Positions 9,172-21,475 of a DNA stretch of 64,000 nucleotides are shown here, in pieces (within the stretch, counting starts at the first letter, position 1; the number at the start of each line of letters is the position of its first letter). The position numbers were made by a program, and so were the translations under genes. The DNA comes from Candidatus Limnocylindrales bacterium (lineage in GTDB: Bacteria; Chloroflexota; Limnocylindria; Limnocylindrales; CSP1-4), in contig DASYSM010000158.1 of assembly GCA_036003325.1 (NCBI GenBank), positions 14,828 through 78,827 of the forward strand, given 5' to 3'. Below the pieces are notes generated by a model, which saw only the letters and a program-made list of their open reading frames with translations, was not told the origin of the DNA and ran no database searches.

Positions 9172-10497
9172 ATGACCCCTGACGACGTCCTGGCCCTGAT
9201 CGATCCGAACGAGGTCGTCGAGCTCGCCCTCGCGCTCGGCAACATCGACAGCCCGACCGGGTCCGAGGGCGAGGCCGGCCGCTTCGTCCGTGACTGGCTG
9301 GCGGCGAACGGGTTCGAGCCGAAGACCTATGCCCTGACCGAGGACCGCATCAACGTCGCCGCCTGGATCCACGGGACGGGCGGTGGTCACAGCCTGATCT
9401 TCAACGCCCACCTCGACACGACGCTCCGGCCCGACGCCGTCCTGTCCGCGCGGGATCCGCTCGATCCGCTGTACCACTCCGCCTGGATCGACGGCGACGA
9501 GATCTACGGCGATGGGGTGGTCAACGACAAGGGCCCGATGGCGGCGTTCCTCGTGGCCGGCAAGGCCATCCGCGACGCCGGCTACCCGCTCAAGGGCGAC
9601 CTGATCGTGAGCGCCGTGGCCGGCGAGATCTCGCGCGAGCCGATCGACGAGTGGCAGGGCCCGGCCTATCTCAGCAAGGACCTCGGTGCCCGGTTCATGA
9701 TCACCCACGGCGCCGTGGCCGATTTCGCGATCGTCGCCGAGGGGACCGGGTTCGGGATCGTCGGGATCGAGCCAGGGAAGGCGCATTTCAAGGTCACCGT
9801 CGTCACCGACACGCCCCGCTACTACACGCCCTACCTGCCCCGACCGACGGGTCTGGCGGATGCCCCCAACGCGATCGTCCGCACGGGCGCCGTGATCGCC
9901 GCGTTCGAGACCTGGGCGTACGACTACCAGCAGCGGCAGACCTACCGTGGCGAGCACGGCACGATCGTGCCGAAGGCGAGCATCAACGCCATCCGGTCGG
10001 GCTATCCGTACAACCTGACCAGCGCCCCGCAGGTCTGCCAGCTCTTCGTCGACACCCGCATCCTCCCCGGGGCGAACCCACTCGACCTGCGCGAGGAGCT
10101 TCGCGGCGTGCTGGCGGGCGTCGGTGTGGAGGGCACGGTCGAGCTGTTCCTGTACCGGCCCGGTTTCGAGGCACTCGGGGCAGACCGACTGATCGAGACG
10201 GTCAGGCGCGCCCACGACCAGGTCTTCGACACCCCGCCGGAGATCGTCGGCGAGCCGGTCACCAGCATGTGGCGCGATACCAACGCCTTCAACGAGCTGG
10301 GCATCCCAGCCATCAGCTACGCGCCGCGATCGCGCGCCCACGCCGCGAAGAAGTCGTTCAAGGTCAAGGACCTCACCGATGCGGCCGTGGTTTACGCTCG
10401 TATCGCGATGGACCTGTGCAACCAGGAGCGGGCGCCGTTCACGCCGCTCGGCGCGCACCCGAACCGGGCCATCGCCGCATCGGTCAATGGCGACTGA
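9172..10497 (+). CDS. M20 family metallopeptidase/deacylase (ArgE/DapE/CPG2-like)
   Basis: 441 aa. Metal-ligand motifs NAHLDT and NDKGPMAA are present. The dimerisation domain is conserved. Confidence 0.85.
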   Translation: MTPDDVLALIDPNEVVELALALGNIDSPTGSEGEAGRFVRDWLAANGFEPKTYALTEDRINVAAWIHGTGGGHSLIFNAHLDTTLRPDAVLSARDPLDPLYHSAWIDGDEIYGDGVVNDKGPMAAFLVAGKAIRDAGYPLKGDLIVSAVAGEISREPIDEWQGPAYLSKDLGARFMITHGAVADFAIVAEGTGFGIVGIEPGKAHFKVTVVTDTPRYYTPYLPRPTGLADAPNAIVRTGAVIAAFETWAYDYQQRQTYRGEHGTIVPKASINAIRSGYPYNLTSAPQVCQLFVDTRILPGANPLDLREELRGVLAGVGVEGTVELFLYRPGFEALGADRLIETVRRAHDQVFDTPPEIVGEPVTSMWRDTNAFNELGIPAISYAPRSRAHAAKKSFKVKDLTDAAVVYARIAMDLCNQERAPFTPLGAHPNRAIAASVNGD

Positions 10498-10520
10498 GCC
10501 GTCCACTCTGCCGGAGGTCC

Positions 10521-11102
10521 ATCACGGTCCGCACCGACCACTACGCCACGCTCGGGCTCACCCCGACCGCGACCCAGGCCGAGATCCGGACGGCCTATCG
10601 ACAGCTGGCGCGCACGACCCATCCAGACGCGACCGGCGCCGACCCCGAGACGGAGCGGCGGTTCAAATCGGTGACGCGGGCCTACGAGGTCCTGTCGCGT
10701 CCCAGCCGGCGGCGGGCCTATGACGAGCGCCACCAACGTGGTCGGTTCGGCAGCCCGGGCTCGGTCGGCCGGGCGACCTTCGAGGTCGAGCGGCAGCTGT
10801 ATCACAGCGACCTCGGCCACCACAGCGACTTCTACCGCGCGGGCGATCCCCTGACCGTCAGCGAAGCCGCGCTCGCGGTCGGCCGGGACGCCGGATGGCT
10901 GCGTCGCGCGATCCGCGATGGTCGGCTGGCCGCGACGCGCGACGGCCGCGCCTACCTCCTGCGTCGCCGCGATGTCGAGCGACTGGACCGCTCGTCCCGC
11001 CGCCGGCGTCCGCTCGTCGTCATGCTCGAGGATGACGTCGACGGCGACGACGGCATCGGCGAGGGTCCGGACCCCGGGTCCGGGGACATCGGCGGGTCGT
11101 GA
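10521..11102 (+). CDS. J-domain protein fused to an excisionase/MerR-type HTH_17 DNA-binding domain; start codon uncertain
   Basis: J domain: YATLGL…AYRQLARTTHPD…AYEVL. HTH_17: LTVSEAALAVGRDAGWLRRAIRDGRLAATRDGRAYLLRRRDVERL. No in-frame ATG or GTG precedes the J domain. The only ATG, at the M20 stop, is in the +1 frame. Confidence 0.5.
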   Translation: MTVRTDHYATLGLTPTATQAEIRTAYRQLARTTHPDATGADPETERRFKSVTRAYEVLSRPSRRRAYDERHQRGRFGSPGSVGRATFEVERQLYHSDLGHHSDFYRAGDPLTVSEAALAVGRDAGWLRRAIRDGRLAATRDGRAYLLRRRDVERLDRSSRRRRPLVVMLEDDVDGDDGIGEGPDPGSGDIGGS

Positions 11103-11192
11103 AAGCCAGCATGAGTACAAAACAGCACAGATTGCATACAATCCTTCCCATCGAATGCATGCGCGGACCGCGCCGGCCACAGAGGTGACACC

Positions 11193-12179
11193 ATGACCAC
11201 GATCGGCTACGCGGCGATGCTCGAGCAGTTCCACCCGACCGACCTGCTCGATTGGTGCGCCGCCGCCGAGGCGTCCGGGTTCGAAGCGGGATTCATGGTC
11301 AGCGAGCACTTCCATCCCTGGACCCCGCAACAGGGCCAGAGCGCCTTCGCCTGGTCGTTCATGGGCGCGCTGGGACAGCGCACCAGCCTTCCGTTCGGCA
11401 CGGCGGTGACCTGCCCCGGCTTCCGCTACCACCCGGCCGTGATCGCGCATGCGGCGGCGACGCTGGGGGCGATGTACCCGGGCCGCTTCTACCTCGGCCT
11501 CGGTGCCGGGGAGGCGCTCAACGAGCATGTGATCGGCGGGCCGTGGCCGGAGATCGGCATCCGCAGCGCGATGATGTTCGAGTCGATCGAGATCATCAAC
11601 AAGCTGTTCACCGGAAAGGTCGTCAAGCACAAGGGCGACTTCTTCACGCTCGAGAGCGCCCGGCTGTACACGATCCCCGACGAGCCGGTCAAGGTCTATG
11701 TCGCGACGGCCGGGCCGATCAACGCCAAGAAGGCCGGCAAGCTCGCCGACGGGATGATCACGGTCGGGGCCGCCGACGAGAAGATCCGGATGCTGTGGGA
11801 GAAGTGTGATGAGGGCTGCGCCGAGGCCGGCAAGCCGCTCGGGACACCGAAGCTCCTGCAGATCCACGTCTCCTGGGCACGGACCGACGAGGAGGCCGTC
11901 CAGAACGCGGTGACCGAGTGGCCCAACGGCGGGATGTCGTTCCCGAAGCAGGACATCAAGAACCCCGAGGATTTCGCGGCGATGGCGAAGCTCGTGCGGC
12001 CCGAGGACTTCAAGAACCGTGTCCTCATGACCAGCGATCTCGAAGCGCATGCCGCCCACATCCAGCACTACGTGGACATGGGCTTCGAGGAGATCCATCT
12101 CCACAACGTCGGTCGCAACCAGGCCGAGTTCATCGAGGTCTTCGGCAAGGAGGTGCTGCCCCAGCTGCGGCTCGGCTGA
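11193..12179 (+). CDS. F420-dependent LLM-class oxidoreductase, Fgd (F420-dependent glucose-6-phosphate dehydrogenase)-like
   Basis: 328 aa. Collinear with Fgd1 (…SEHFHPW…TCPGFRYHPAVIAHAAATLGAMYPGRFYLGLGAGEALNE…). Luciferase-like TIM barrel. Confidence 0.85.
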   Translation: MTTIGYAAMLEQFHPTDLLDWCAAAEASGFEAGFMVSEHFHPWTPQQGQSAFAWSFMGALGQRTSLPFGTAVTCPGFRYHPAVIAHAAATLGAMYPGRFYLGLGAGEALNEHVIGGPWPEIGIRSAMMFESIEIINKLFTGKVVKHKGDFFTLESARLYTIPDEPVKVYVATAGPINAKKAGKLADGMITVGAADEKIRMLWEKCDEGCAEAGKPLGTPKLLQIHVSWARTDEEAVQNAVTEWPNGGMSFPKQDIKNPEDFAAMAKLVRPEDFKNRVLMTSDLEAHAAHIQHYVDMGFEEIHLHNVGRNQAEFIEVFGKEVLPQLRLG

Positions 12180-12183
12180 GGCC

Positions 12184-13053
12184 ATGGACATCGCCATCGG
12201 CCTGCCGGCTCGTCCGCTGGACGGCGGTCGCGACCACGTCCTGTCGTGGGCCGCGAGCGCGGATGTCGGACCCTTCTCGAGCCTCGTCATCGGCGACCGC
12301 GTCATCGCCCCGGCGCATGAGGCGCTGACCGCCCTGGCGGCGGCGGCCGGCGTCACGCGCCGGATCCGGCTGATGGCAAGCCTGGTCGTCGGCCCGACCC
12401 GCGAAACGACCCTGCTGGCGCGTCAGTCGGCCACGATCCAGGCCCTGTCCGGCGGTCGCTTGAGCCTCGGTCTCGGCGTCGGGATCCGCGAGGAGGACTT
12501 CAGCGCGACACGGACCACGTTCCACGATCGCGGCCGTCGCTTCGAGACCCAGCTGGCCCAGATCCGCCTCCTGTGGGCGGGCGAGGGGCTCGACGATGGC
12601 ACCCCGCCGACCGGGATCCCGCTCGGTGACGGTGGCGCGCCCGAACTGCTGATCGGCGGCTACGTCGATGCGGTCGCCGGACGCGTCGCACGATGGGGCG
12701 ACGGTTTCATGGCTCCCGGCGGTGGCGAGCCTGCGCGCATGGCCGCCGTGTGGCGGAACGTCGCAGATGCGTGGGCCGACGCCGGCCGGTCCGGTGCCCC
12801 GCGCTGGGTGGCCGGGACGTACTTCGCCCTGGGTCCCGACGCGGCTGCCCAGGCCCGCCGCTACATCGAGGCCTACTACGGCTACGACCCGGTCGTGGCG
12901 GCCCGACGCCTGCGCGACCTCCCGACGACGCCCCGGCAGGTGCTCGACGCGATCCGGCGCCACGCCGACGACGGCGTCGACGAGCTCATCATGCGTCCGG
13001 TGATCGCCGATCCGGCGATGCGCGACCGGCTCGCCGACCTCGTCGCGCCGTAG
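12184..13053 (+). CDS. LLM-class F420-dependent oxidoreductase
   Basis: In-frame ATG (M46 of ORF 12049..13053), 4 nt after the upstream stop. Luciferase-like monooxygenase motifs (RLSLGLGVG). Confidence 0.75.
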   Translation: MDIAIGLPARPLDGGRDHVLSWAASADVGPFSSLVIGDRVIAPAHEALTALAAAAGVTRRIRLMASLVVGPTRETTLLARQSATIQALSGGRLSLGLGVGIREEDFSATRTTFHDRGRRFETQLAQIRLLWAGEGLDDGTPPTGIPLGDGGAPELLIGGYVDAVAGRVARWGDGFMAPGGGEPARMAAVWRNVADAWADAGRSGAPRWVAGTYFALGPDAAAQARRYIEAYYGYDPVVAARRLRDLPTTPRQVLDAIRRHADDGVDELIMRPVIADPAMRDRLADLVAP

Positions 13054-13077
13054 CGCCGACGCCCGGAGCGACGGGCC

Positions 13078-14061
13078 CTAGAGCCGGACGCGGGGTGGGC
13101 TGTCGCGGTCGAACATGTGGACGGTGTCGACGAAACGGACCTGCTTGGCCTGGTAGGCCATGACCAGCGAGTGCGTCCGTGCCCCGCCGCCGAAGAAGCG
13201 CACGCCGTGGAGGAGGTCGCCGCTGGTGACCCCGGTCGCGGCGAACACGAGGTTGTCGCCGGGGGCCAGGTCCTCCGTCCGGTAGACCCGCGATTCATCG
13301 CCGTGGCCCATCCGTGTCCCGCGCTCACGCTCATCGTCGCTGCGATACCGGAAGCGGGCCTGGATCTCGCCGCCCAGGCAGCGCAGCGCGGCCGCCGTGA
13401 TGACGCCCTCGGGCGCGCCGCCGGTGCCCATGACGGCATGGACGCCGGTGCCCGACACGGCGCACGAGATGGCCGCCGACAGGTCGCCGTCGCCGATCAG
13501 CTTGATGCGCGCGCCGGCCGCCCGGACCTCCGCGATCAGGCCGTCGTGGCGCGGCCGCTCGAGGATGACGACCGTGATGTCCGACACCCGCCGTCCGAGC
13601 GCCTCGGCGATCCGCCCGAGGTTCTCGGTCGGGGATTCGCGGATGTCGACCCTGCCGGCGGCGACCGGGCCGACGCACAGCTTCTCCATGTAGGTATCCG
13701 GGGCGTGGGTCAGCCCGTGGGCCTCCGACGCCGCGAGAACGGTGATCGCGCCGGCCTGGCCGTGGGCGACGAGGTTCGTGCCCTCGAGCGGGTCCACCGC
13801 GATGTCGACGCGTGGTACGTCCTCGCGATCGGCGCCGGTGCGACCGACCCGCTCGCCGATGTACAGCATCGGCGCCTCGTCGCGCTCGCCTTCGCCGATG
13901 ACGATCCGGCCGGCGAAGTCGATCTCGTCCATCGTCGCGCGCATCGCCTCGGTGGCGGCCGCGTCGGCGCCATCCTTCTGGCCCCGTCCCATGAACCGCG
14001 CCGACTCGATGGCGGCCGCTTCTGTGACCCGGATCATCTCGAGGGCGAGGAGCTGCTCCAT
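13078..14061 (-). CDS. glpX: Fructose-1,6-bisphosphatase class II (GlpX)
   Basis: Start at internal Met ([30 protein letters not shown]…), matching the GlpX N-terminus. The rest of the ORF upstream is low-complexity. Confidence 0.85.
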   Translation of the reverse strand: MEQLLALEMIRVTEAAAIESARFMGRGQKDGADAAATEAMRATMDEIDFAGRIVIGEGERDEAPMLYIGERVGRTGADREDVPRVDIAVDPLEGTNLVAHGQAGAITVLAASEAHGLTHAPDTYMEKLCVGPVAAGRVDIRESPTENLGRIAEALGRRVSDITVVILERPRHDGLIAEVRAAGARIKLIGDGDLSAAISCAVSGTGVHAVMGTGGAPEGVITAAALRCLGGEIQARFRYRSDDERERGTRMGHGDESRVYRTEDLAPGDNLVFAATGVTSGDLLHGVRFFGGGARTHSLVMAYQAKQVRFVDTVHMFDRDSPPRVRL

Positions 14062-14071
14062 CGGATCTCGC

Positions 14072-15643
14072 TCAGTGGCGGAAATGACGACGCCCCGTGA
14101 ACACCATCGCGAGGTGATGGCGGTCGGCCACCTCGATCGCCATCTCGTCGCGGATCGAGCCGCCCGGCTGGATGATCGCGGTGACGCCGGCGCTGGCGGC
14201 GGCCTGGATCCCGTCCGGGAACGGGAAGTAGGCGTCCGACGCCAGGACCGACAGCTTGGCCCTGTCACCCGCCCGCCGGACCGCGATCTCGACCGAGACC
14301 TGGCGGCTGGCCTGCCCCGCGCCGATCCCGACCGTGGCGCCGTTGCGGGCCAGCACGATCGCATTCGAGCGGACGTGGCGCACGGCCCGCCAGGCGAACA
14401 GCATGTCGGTCAGCTCCTCGAGCGTCGGGCGTCGCTTGGTCACGACCTGGAGCCGGCCGCGGTCGAGCCCGAGATCGTCGAGGCTCTCGACCAGCAGGCC
14501 ACCGGCGACGCGCTTGAAGTCGAGGCTGGCGATGCCGTAATCGCGCATCCCCTCGGTCGGGTCGGGCGGGATGGCCAGCAGCTCGAGCCCGGGCTTGCCG
14601 CGCAGGATCCCGACCGCGGCCTGGCTGAACCCGGGCGCGACGACTGCCTCGTACGAGTTGGCCGCGATCTCGCGCGCGGTCGCTCCGTCGAGCTCGCGGT
14701 TGACCCCGACGATCCCGCCGAAGGCCGCCACCGGGTCGGTCTCGAGCGCGTGCCGGTAGGCCTCGACGAGCTCGTCGTTGGAGGCGAGCCCGACGGGATC
14801 GGTGTGCTTGACGATGGCGACCGTCGGCGCGGTGTAGTCGCGGGCGATGCGATAGGCGGCGTCGAGGTCGAGCAGGTTGTTGAACGACGGCATCTCGCCC
14901 TGGAGCCGCGTCGCGTCGGCCAGCGTGCCGCTGCGGTGCGTCGTCTCACGGTAGAACGCCGCGCGCTGGTGCGGGTTCTCACCGTAACGCAGATCGTCCA
15001 CCTTCTCGAGGACGAGCGCGAGGTGGCGCGGGAACGTGTTCCCCGAGATCTGGTTGAGGTAGGCCGCGATCTCGGCGTGGTACGCGGCCACGGTGCTGAA
15101 CGCCTCGGCGGCGAGCTTGGCTCGTGTCTCCGGGCTGACCGTCCCGAGCTCGCGCAGCTCGGCGACGACCTGCGGGTAGTGCGCCGGGTCGGCCACGGAC
15201 GCGACGCCCGCGGCGTTGCGGGCGGCCGCCCCGAGCAGCGCCGCGCCCCCGACGTCGATCATCTCGATCGCCTCGTCGAGCCCGATCAGCTTGACCCCGA
15301 TGGCCGGGGCGAACGGCTTGACGTTGACGACCACGATGTCGATGAGGCCGATGCCCTGCGCCCGCAGCTCCTCGAGCTGGGCGGGGACGTCGCGGCGGGC
15401 CAGGATCCCGGCATAGACCGCGTGATGGAACGTCTTGACCTGCCCGCCGACGTCGGGCTCGCCCTGGGTCAGCTCGGTGACCGAATGGACCTCGACGCTC
15501 TCGGCCGCGAGGTGGTCACGGGTGCCCTCGGTCGCGTAGACCTCGATCCCGAGCGTGAGAAGGTCGCGCGCGAGCGCTGCGATACCGTCTCGGTTCGCGA
15601 CTGACAGCAGGGCTCGCACCCGGGGCGTTCCTCCGATTCCCAT
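14072..15643 (-). CDS. purH: Bifunctional AICAR transformylase / IMP cyclohydrolase (PurH)
   Basis: Start at MGIGG…[12 protein letters not shown] (MGS-like domain), preceded by a GGAGG ribosome-binding site. The AICARFT domain is conserved throughout. Confidence 0.9.
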   Translation of the reverse strand: MGIGGTPRVRALLSVANRDGIAALARDLLTLGIEVYATEGTRDHLAAESVEVHSVTELTQGEPDVGGQVKTFHHAVYAGILARRDVPAQLEELRAQGIGLIDIVVVNVKPFAPAIGVKLIGLDEAIEMIDVGGAALLGAAARNAAGVASVADPAHYPQVVAELRELGTVSPETRAKLAAEAFSTVAAYHAEIAAYLNQISGNTFPRHLALVLEKVDDLRYGENPHQRAAFYRETTHRSGTLADATRLQGEMPSFNNLLDLDAAYRIARDYTAPTVAIVKHTDPVGLASNDELVEAYRHALETDPVAAFGGIVGVNRELDGATAREIAANSYEAVVAPGFSQAAVGILRGKPGLELLAIPPDPTEGMRDYGIASLDFKRVAGGLLVESLDDLGLDRGRLQVVTKRRPTLEELTDMLFAWRAVRHVRSNAIVLARNGATVGIGAGQASRQVSVEIAVRRAGDRAKLSVLASDAYFPFPDGIQAAASAGVTAIIQPGGSIRDEMAIEVADRHHLAMVFTGRRHFRH

Positions 15644-15774
15644 GGGCCTGCGAAGCGTCAGCGGGGCGGGCCACAGGTCCCCGGACGGTCGCGGTGCGCC
15701 GCACCATTCGGGCCGAGTATACCGCCTGACATGGCATACTCCGGGGGCCCACAAACGCGACTACGAGGTCATCG

Positions 15775-16227
15775 GTGACGCTCGCTCCCTGGGACTATCT
15801 CTTCGTCTCGTTCAACCACGACAACTTCCCGGACATCTTCCATCCGACGTGGATCGCGTCACTCGTCCTGCTGGCCATCCTGACCATCCTGTACAACGTC
15901 CGGACGCGCGCGCTGCATCGCCACGCCATCTACCTGGAGATGTGGGAGTGGCTGTGGTGGACCGGGCTGATCACGTTCAGCATGCTGGTCATCGAGGCGT
16001 TGTTCGTGTTCGACTTCTTCATCGTCCTGGCCACCGAGATCGCCGGCATCGGGACGATGGTCTGGATCCGCTTCGTCCGCTTCCCGCCGATGTTCGCCGC
16101 CTATGAGCAGAAGATGGCGCGCGAGCGCTACTTCACTCGCCAGAAGTATTCGGACCCCGAGGCGACGATCAAGAAGCGTCCAGCCGGCGGCCGGCGCACC
16201 CAGCGCCAGCAGCGCCGCCGCCGGTAG
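15775..16227 (+). CDS. Hypothetical small membrane protein
   Basis: 150 aa with 3 TM helices and a basic C-terminal tail. The region has lower GC than its surroundings. Confidence 0.5.
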   Translation: MTLAPWDYLFVSFNHDNFPDIFHPTWIASLVLLAILTILYNVRTRALHRHAIYLEMWEWLWWTGLITFSMLVIEALFVFDFFIVLATEIAGIGTMVWIRFVRFPPMFAAYEQKMARERYFTRQKYSDPEATIKKRPAGGRRTQRQQRRRR

Positions 16228-16241
16228 CAGATCGATCGCCG

Positions 16242-16715
16242 GTGCCGATCGAGATCCGCCGGTTCGGGGTCGGTCATCGGCGTCCGGACGGGCCCATCGG
16301 CTCGGTCGGCCTGTCCGGCCAGGTCCTCCACAGCGACGGCCGCGGGGCCGTGTCCGAGCTCGCCTTCGCGCGCGGGGCACGGATCGAGCCGCACGCCAAC
16401 CCGAACACGGTCCTGTTCATCGTCGTCGAGGGCGGGGGCTGGGTCGGCGTCGGTGACGAGTACACGCGGATCGCCGCGGGCGAAGCCGCCGTCTGGCCGG
16501 CGGATCTCCCCCACGCGGCCTGGACCGAGCATTCGGAGATGCGCGCCATCGTCGTCGAGCTGGCCGGAGCGGACGACCGCGAGACCGTCGACGGTCGGGC
16601 CCGCGACGGCGGCGACATCGCCCTGGACCGCCCGGTCGAGCGCGGCACGGGCCAGCTCGCGGCCAGGACGGGATCGCCGGGGACTGCCGCGTCGGACGAG
16701 GGCGAGCCCGCGTAG
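16242..16715 (+). CDS. Cupin-domain protein
   Basis: 157 aa with a single cupin beta-barrel signature (PHANPNTVLFIVVEGGGWVGVGDE…). Confidence 0.6.
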   Translation: MPIEIRRFGVGHRRPDGPIGSVGLSGQVLHSDGRGAVSELAFARGARIEPHANPNTVLFIVVEGGGWVGVGDEYTRIAAGEAAVWPADLPHAAWTEHSEMRAIVVELAGADDRETVDGRARDGGDIALDRPVERGTGQLAARTGSPGTAASDEGEPA

Positions 16716-16730
16716 GGTGCCGTCGGACGC

Positions 16731-17987
16731 CTAGGCAGACCGGAGTCGCTGGCGGGCGCCACTCCGCAGGCGCCGAGCCAGATGGGTCGCCCGCCGCCGC
16801 GTGCGCAGGAGAGGGTCGACCCGTCGCGCACGGACGGGCCCGGGAAACGTCACCGTGGCGAGGCGATCGTCGAACGCCGTCGCGTCCTCACCGTCCTCGA
16901 AGACATGCCGCAGGCCGTGGCGCTCGAGGTAGCCGAAGAACGTGCGCGCTCGGGCGGCATGGCCGCCGACGAGCCCGCTGAAGTCGGCCTCCGCGTACAG
17001 CTCTGCGGCGTCGATGTCGGGCGGGACCTCGCTCATGATCCGGTGCGGGATCTCGAAGTACCGGGCGAGCTCGTGCGTGCGGGCGTCGGCGGCGAGGAGG
17101 AAGCTGGGCGTGCCGGCCAGCGCGGCGGCGATGCTGCCGTGGATCCGCGTTCCGAACACGAAGTCCTTCTCCCGCATGGCCTCGACCCACGGCCACGGGT
17201 CGACATAGAACACCGCCTTGTCGTCGCGCAGCAACGGGTGCGAACGATGGATGGGCAGCGGGCTCGATGCCGCCTCGGCGCCCGGACCCTCACCCCACAG
17301 CAGCAGGCGGAGGGCGTCGATGTCCTGGGCGATGTACTCGAGGTTCGGGTAGCGCTCGACGTGGTGGGCCACGATCGGGCCCATGGCCGTGACCTTGTTG
17401 GTGACGCCGATCCCGAGCCGGGCGTCGCGTGCCAGGGCCGGTGTCCGTTTGGTGACCTCCATCCGGTCGCCATGGAGGAACATCGATGGGCAGCCGATGA
17501 CCTCGACGTCGGTGAAGCCCAGTCGCCGGAGATAGTCCTGGGTGTACTCGCCGCGGACGCCGATCGAGGGCGATCGCTCGAGCACGGCGCGGACGAACGC
17601 CTTGGCCGCTCCGTCGATCTCACGCGTCGCCCCGGCCGCGTACGGCAGGCCGCCCTGGAAACCCACCCCGACGACCACGACCGGGATCTTCAGGCGCTCG
17701 ATGAGCCGGGTGAACCGGATGAGCTGAGCCTGGAACGGCAGGCGGAACGCGTTCGCGAACGGGATGACGTAGACATCGAAGCGCTCGTTGACCTCGTCCG
17801 GATCGAGAAGGTGCGGCGCGAAGCGGTCGGGTGTCAGCTCGGTCCCGCGGGTGCTCAGCAGCCGCCAGGCGCTGTCGATGAACAGCAGGTTGCCGCTGTT
17901 GTCGCCGATCAGGTTCTGGCTGAGCACTCGCTCGGCTGGGACCGCCTCGAACGGGCTCTTGGGGGCGCGGATGAGGATCCGGGTCAT
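16731..17987 (-). CDS. Polysaccharide pyruvyl transferase (CsaB/WcaK-like) family protein
   Basis: 418 aa with PS_pyruv_trans-like architecture. No other glycan genes nearby. Confidence 0.65.
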   Translation of the reverse strand: MTRILIRAPKSPFEAVPAERVLSQNLIGDNSGNLLFIDSAWRLLSTRGTELTPDRFAPHLLDPDEVNERFDVYVIPFANAFRLPFQAQLIRFTRLIERLKIPVVVVGVGFQGGLPYAAGATREIDGAAKAFVRAVLERSPSIGVRGEYTQDYLRRLGFTDVEVIGCPSMFLHGDRMEVTKRTPALARDARLGIGVTNKVTAMGPIVAHHVERYPNLEYIAQDIDALRLLLWGEGPGAEAASSPLPIHRSHPLLRDDKAVFYVDPWPWVEAMREKDFVFGTRIHGSIAAALAGTPSFLLAADARTHELARYFEIPHRIMSEVPPDIDAAELYAEADFSGLVGGHAARARTFFGYLERHGLRHVFEDGEDATAFDDRLATVTFPGPVRARRVDPLLRTRRRATHLARRLRSGARQRLRSA

Positions 17988-18062
17988 GCGCGGCCAAGGA
18001 TACCCGGGCCGATGGCCCGCCCGGCGCAGGGCATCTCGGCACCGGGCGGCTCCGGCCGCGGC

Positions 18063-18704
18063 TCAGGCGTCCAGGATCGCGCCCAGCTGGCTCAGGATCC
18101 GGGCCGTGGCACCCCAGACCGACAGGCTGTCGATGTCGTACGCGCCGTAGCGGAGCGGCATGTCGCCGATCGTCCGTTCGCGGATGGCGATCGGGGCGCC
18201 CGGCAGGAACCGCGCGATCGGTGGCTCGACGATCCGGGCCACCTCGTCGGGCGCCGCGACCAGGATCGGCCGGCGCGCGGCGATGGCCAGGACCGGCGTG
18301 ACGTCGAAGTCGCTGACCGGGATCCAGAACCGCTCGAGCAGGCCGATCACCCGGACCCCGGCGGCGGCCGCGTCGAGCGCCACCTCCTCGGCCGCCTCGC
18401 GCAGGGCCGTGGCCACCAGATCGGGATCGTCCGGCTCTGCCTTGCCGCCCGGGAAGCTCACCTCGCCGCTGTGGTGTCCGTCGCGCGTGACCCGCTCGGT
18501 CAGGACGACCCGTGCCTCGCCGTCGTCGCCCGGGTGGAGCAGGACCAGCACTCCGGCCGGTCGCCCGGGACGGCCCGCCGGCGGCATCCGCGGCGGGGCA
18601 CCTGCCGGATCCCCGACGATGACCGGCATCAGCACGGCCGCCGGTGGCGGCAGGACCTCGGGCAGTGACGCGAGGCGACCGACGATGGTGTCGAACCTCA
18701 TCGC
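18063..18704 (-). CDS. NUDIX hydrolase (CoA pyrophosphatase-like)
   Basis: Nudix box GGKAEPDDPDLVATALREAAEEV. Start taken at MRFDT (M39 of ORF 18063..18818), just downstream of the clpB stop. Confidence 0.75.
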   Translation of the reverse strand, partial: AMRFDTIVGRLASLPEVLPPPAAVLMPVIVGDPAGAPPRMPPAGRPGRPAGVLVLLHPGDDGEARVVLTERVTRDGHHSGEVSFPGGKAEPDDPDLVATALREAAEEVALDAAAAGVRVIGLLERFWIPVSDFDVTPVLAIAARRPILVAAPDEVARIVEPPIARFLPGAPIAIRERTIGDMPLRYGAYDIDSLSVWGATARILSQLGAILDA

Positions 18705-18717
18705 CGGGCGCCGCCGG

Positions 18718-21444
<2,727 letters not shown>

Positions 21445-21475
21445 GGGTCGGGTCTCTCTGGTCGTTGCTGTGGTG

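Noticed and set aside
9651-10520. 5' 290 codons of the 483-aa ORF that ends in the J-domain protein
   Set aside because: This part overlaps the conserved M20 peptidase in another frame and is low-complexity. Only the C-terminal 194 codons (J domain plus HTH) look genuine.
8938-12356. Two long minus-strand ORFs (522 and 654 aa) over the M20 / J-domain / Fgd region
   Set aside because: Both are antisense to conserved genes and have a repetitive, charged composition. No domain signatures.
13742-18668. Long plus-strand ORFs (620 and 628 aa) antisense to purH and the pyruvyl-transferase / NUDIX genes
   Set aside because: Shadow ORFs. The conserved genes (PurH, pyruvyl transferase, NUDIX) are on the other strand.
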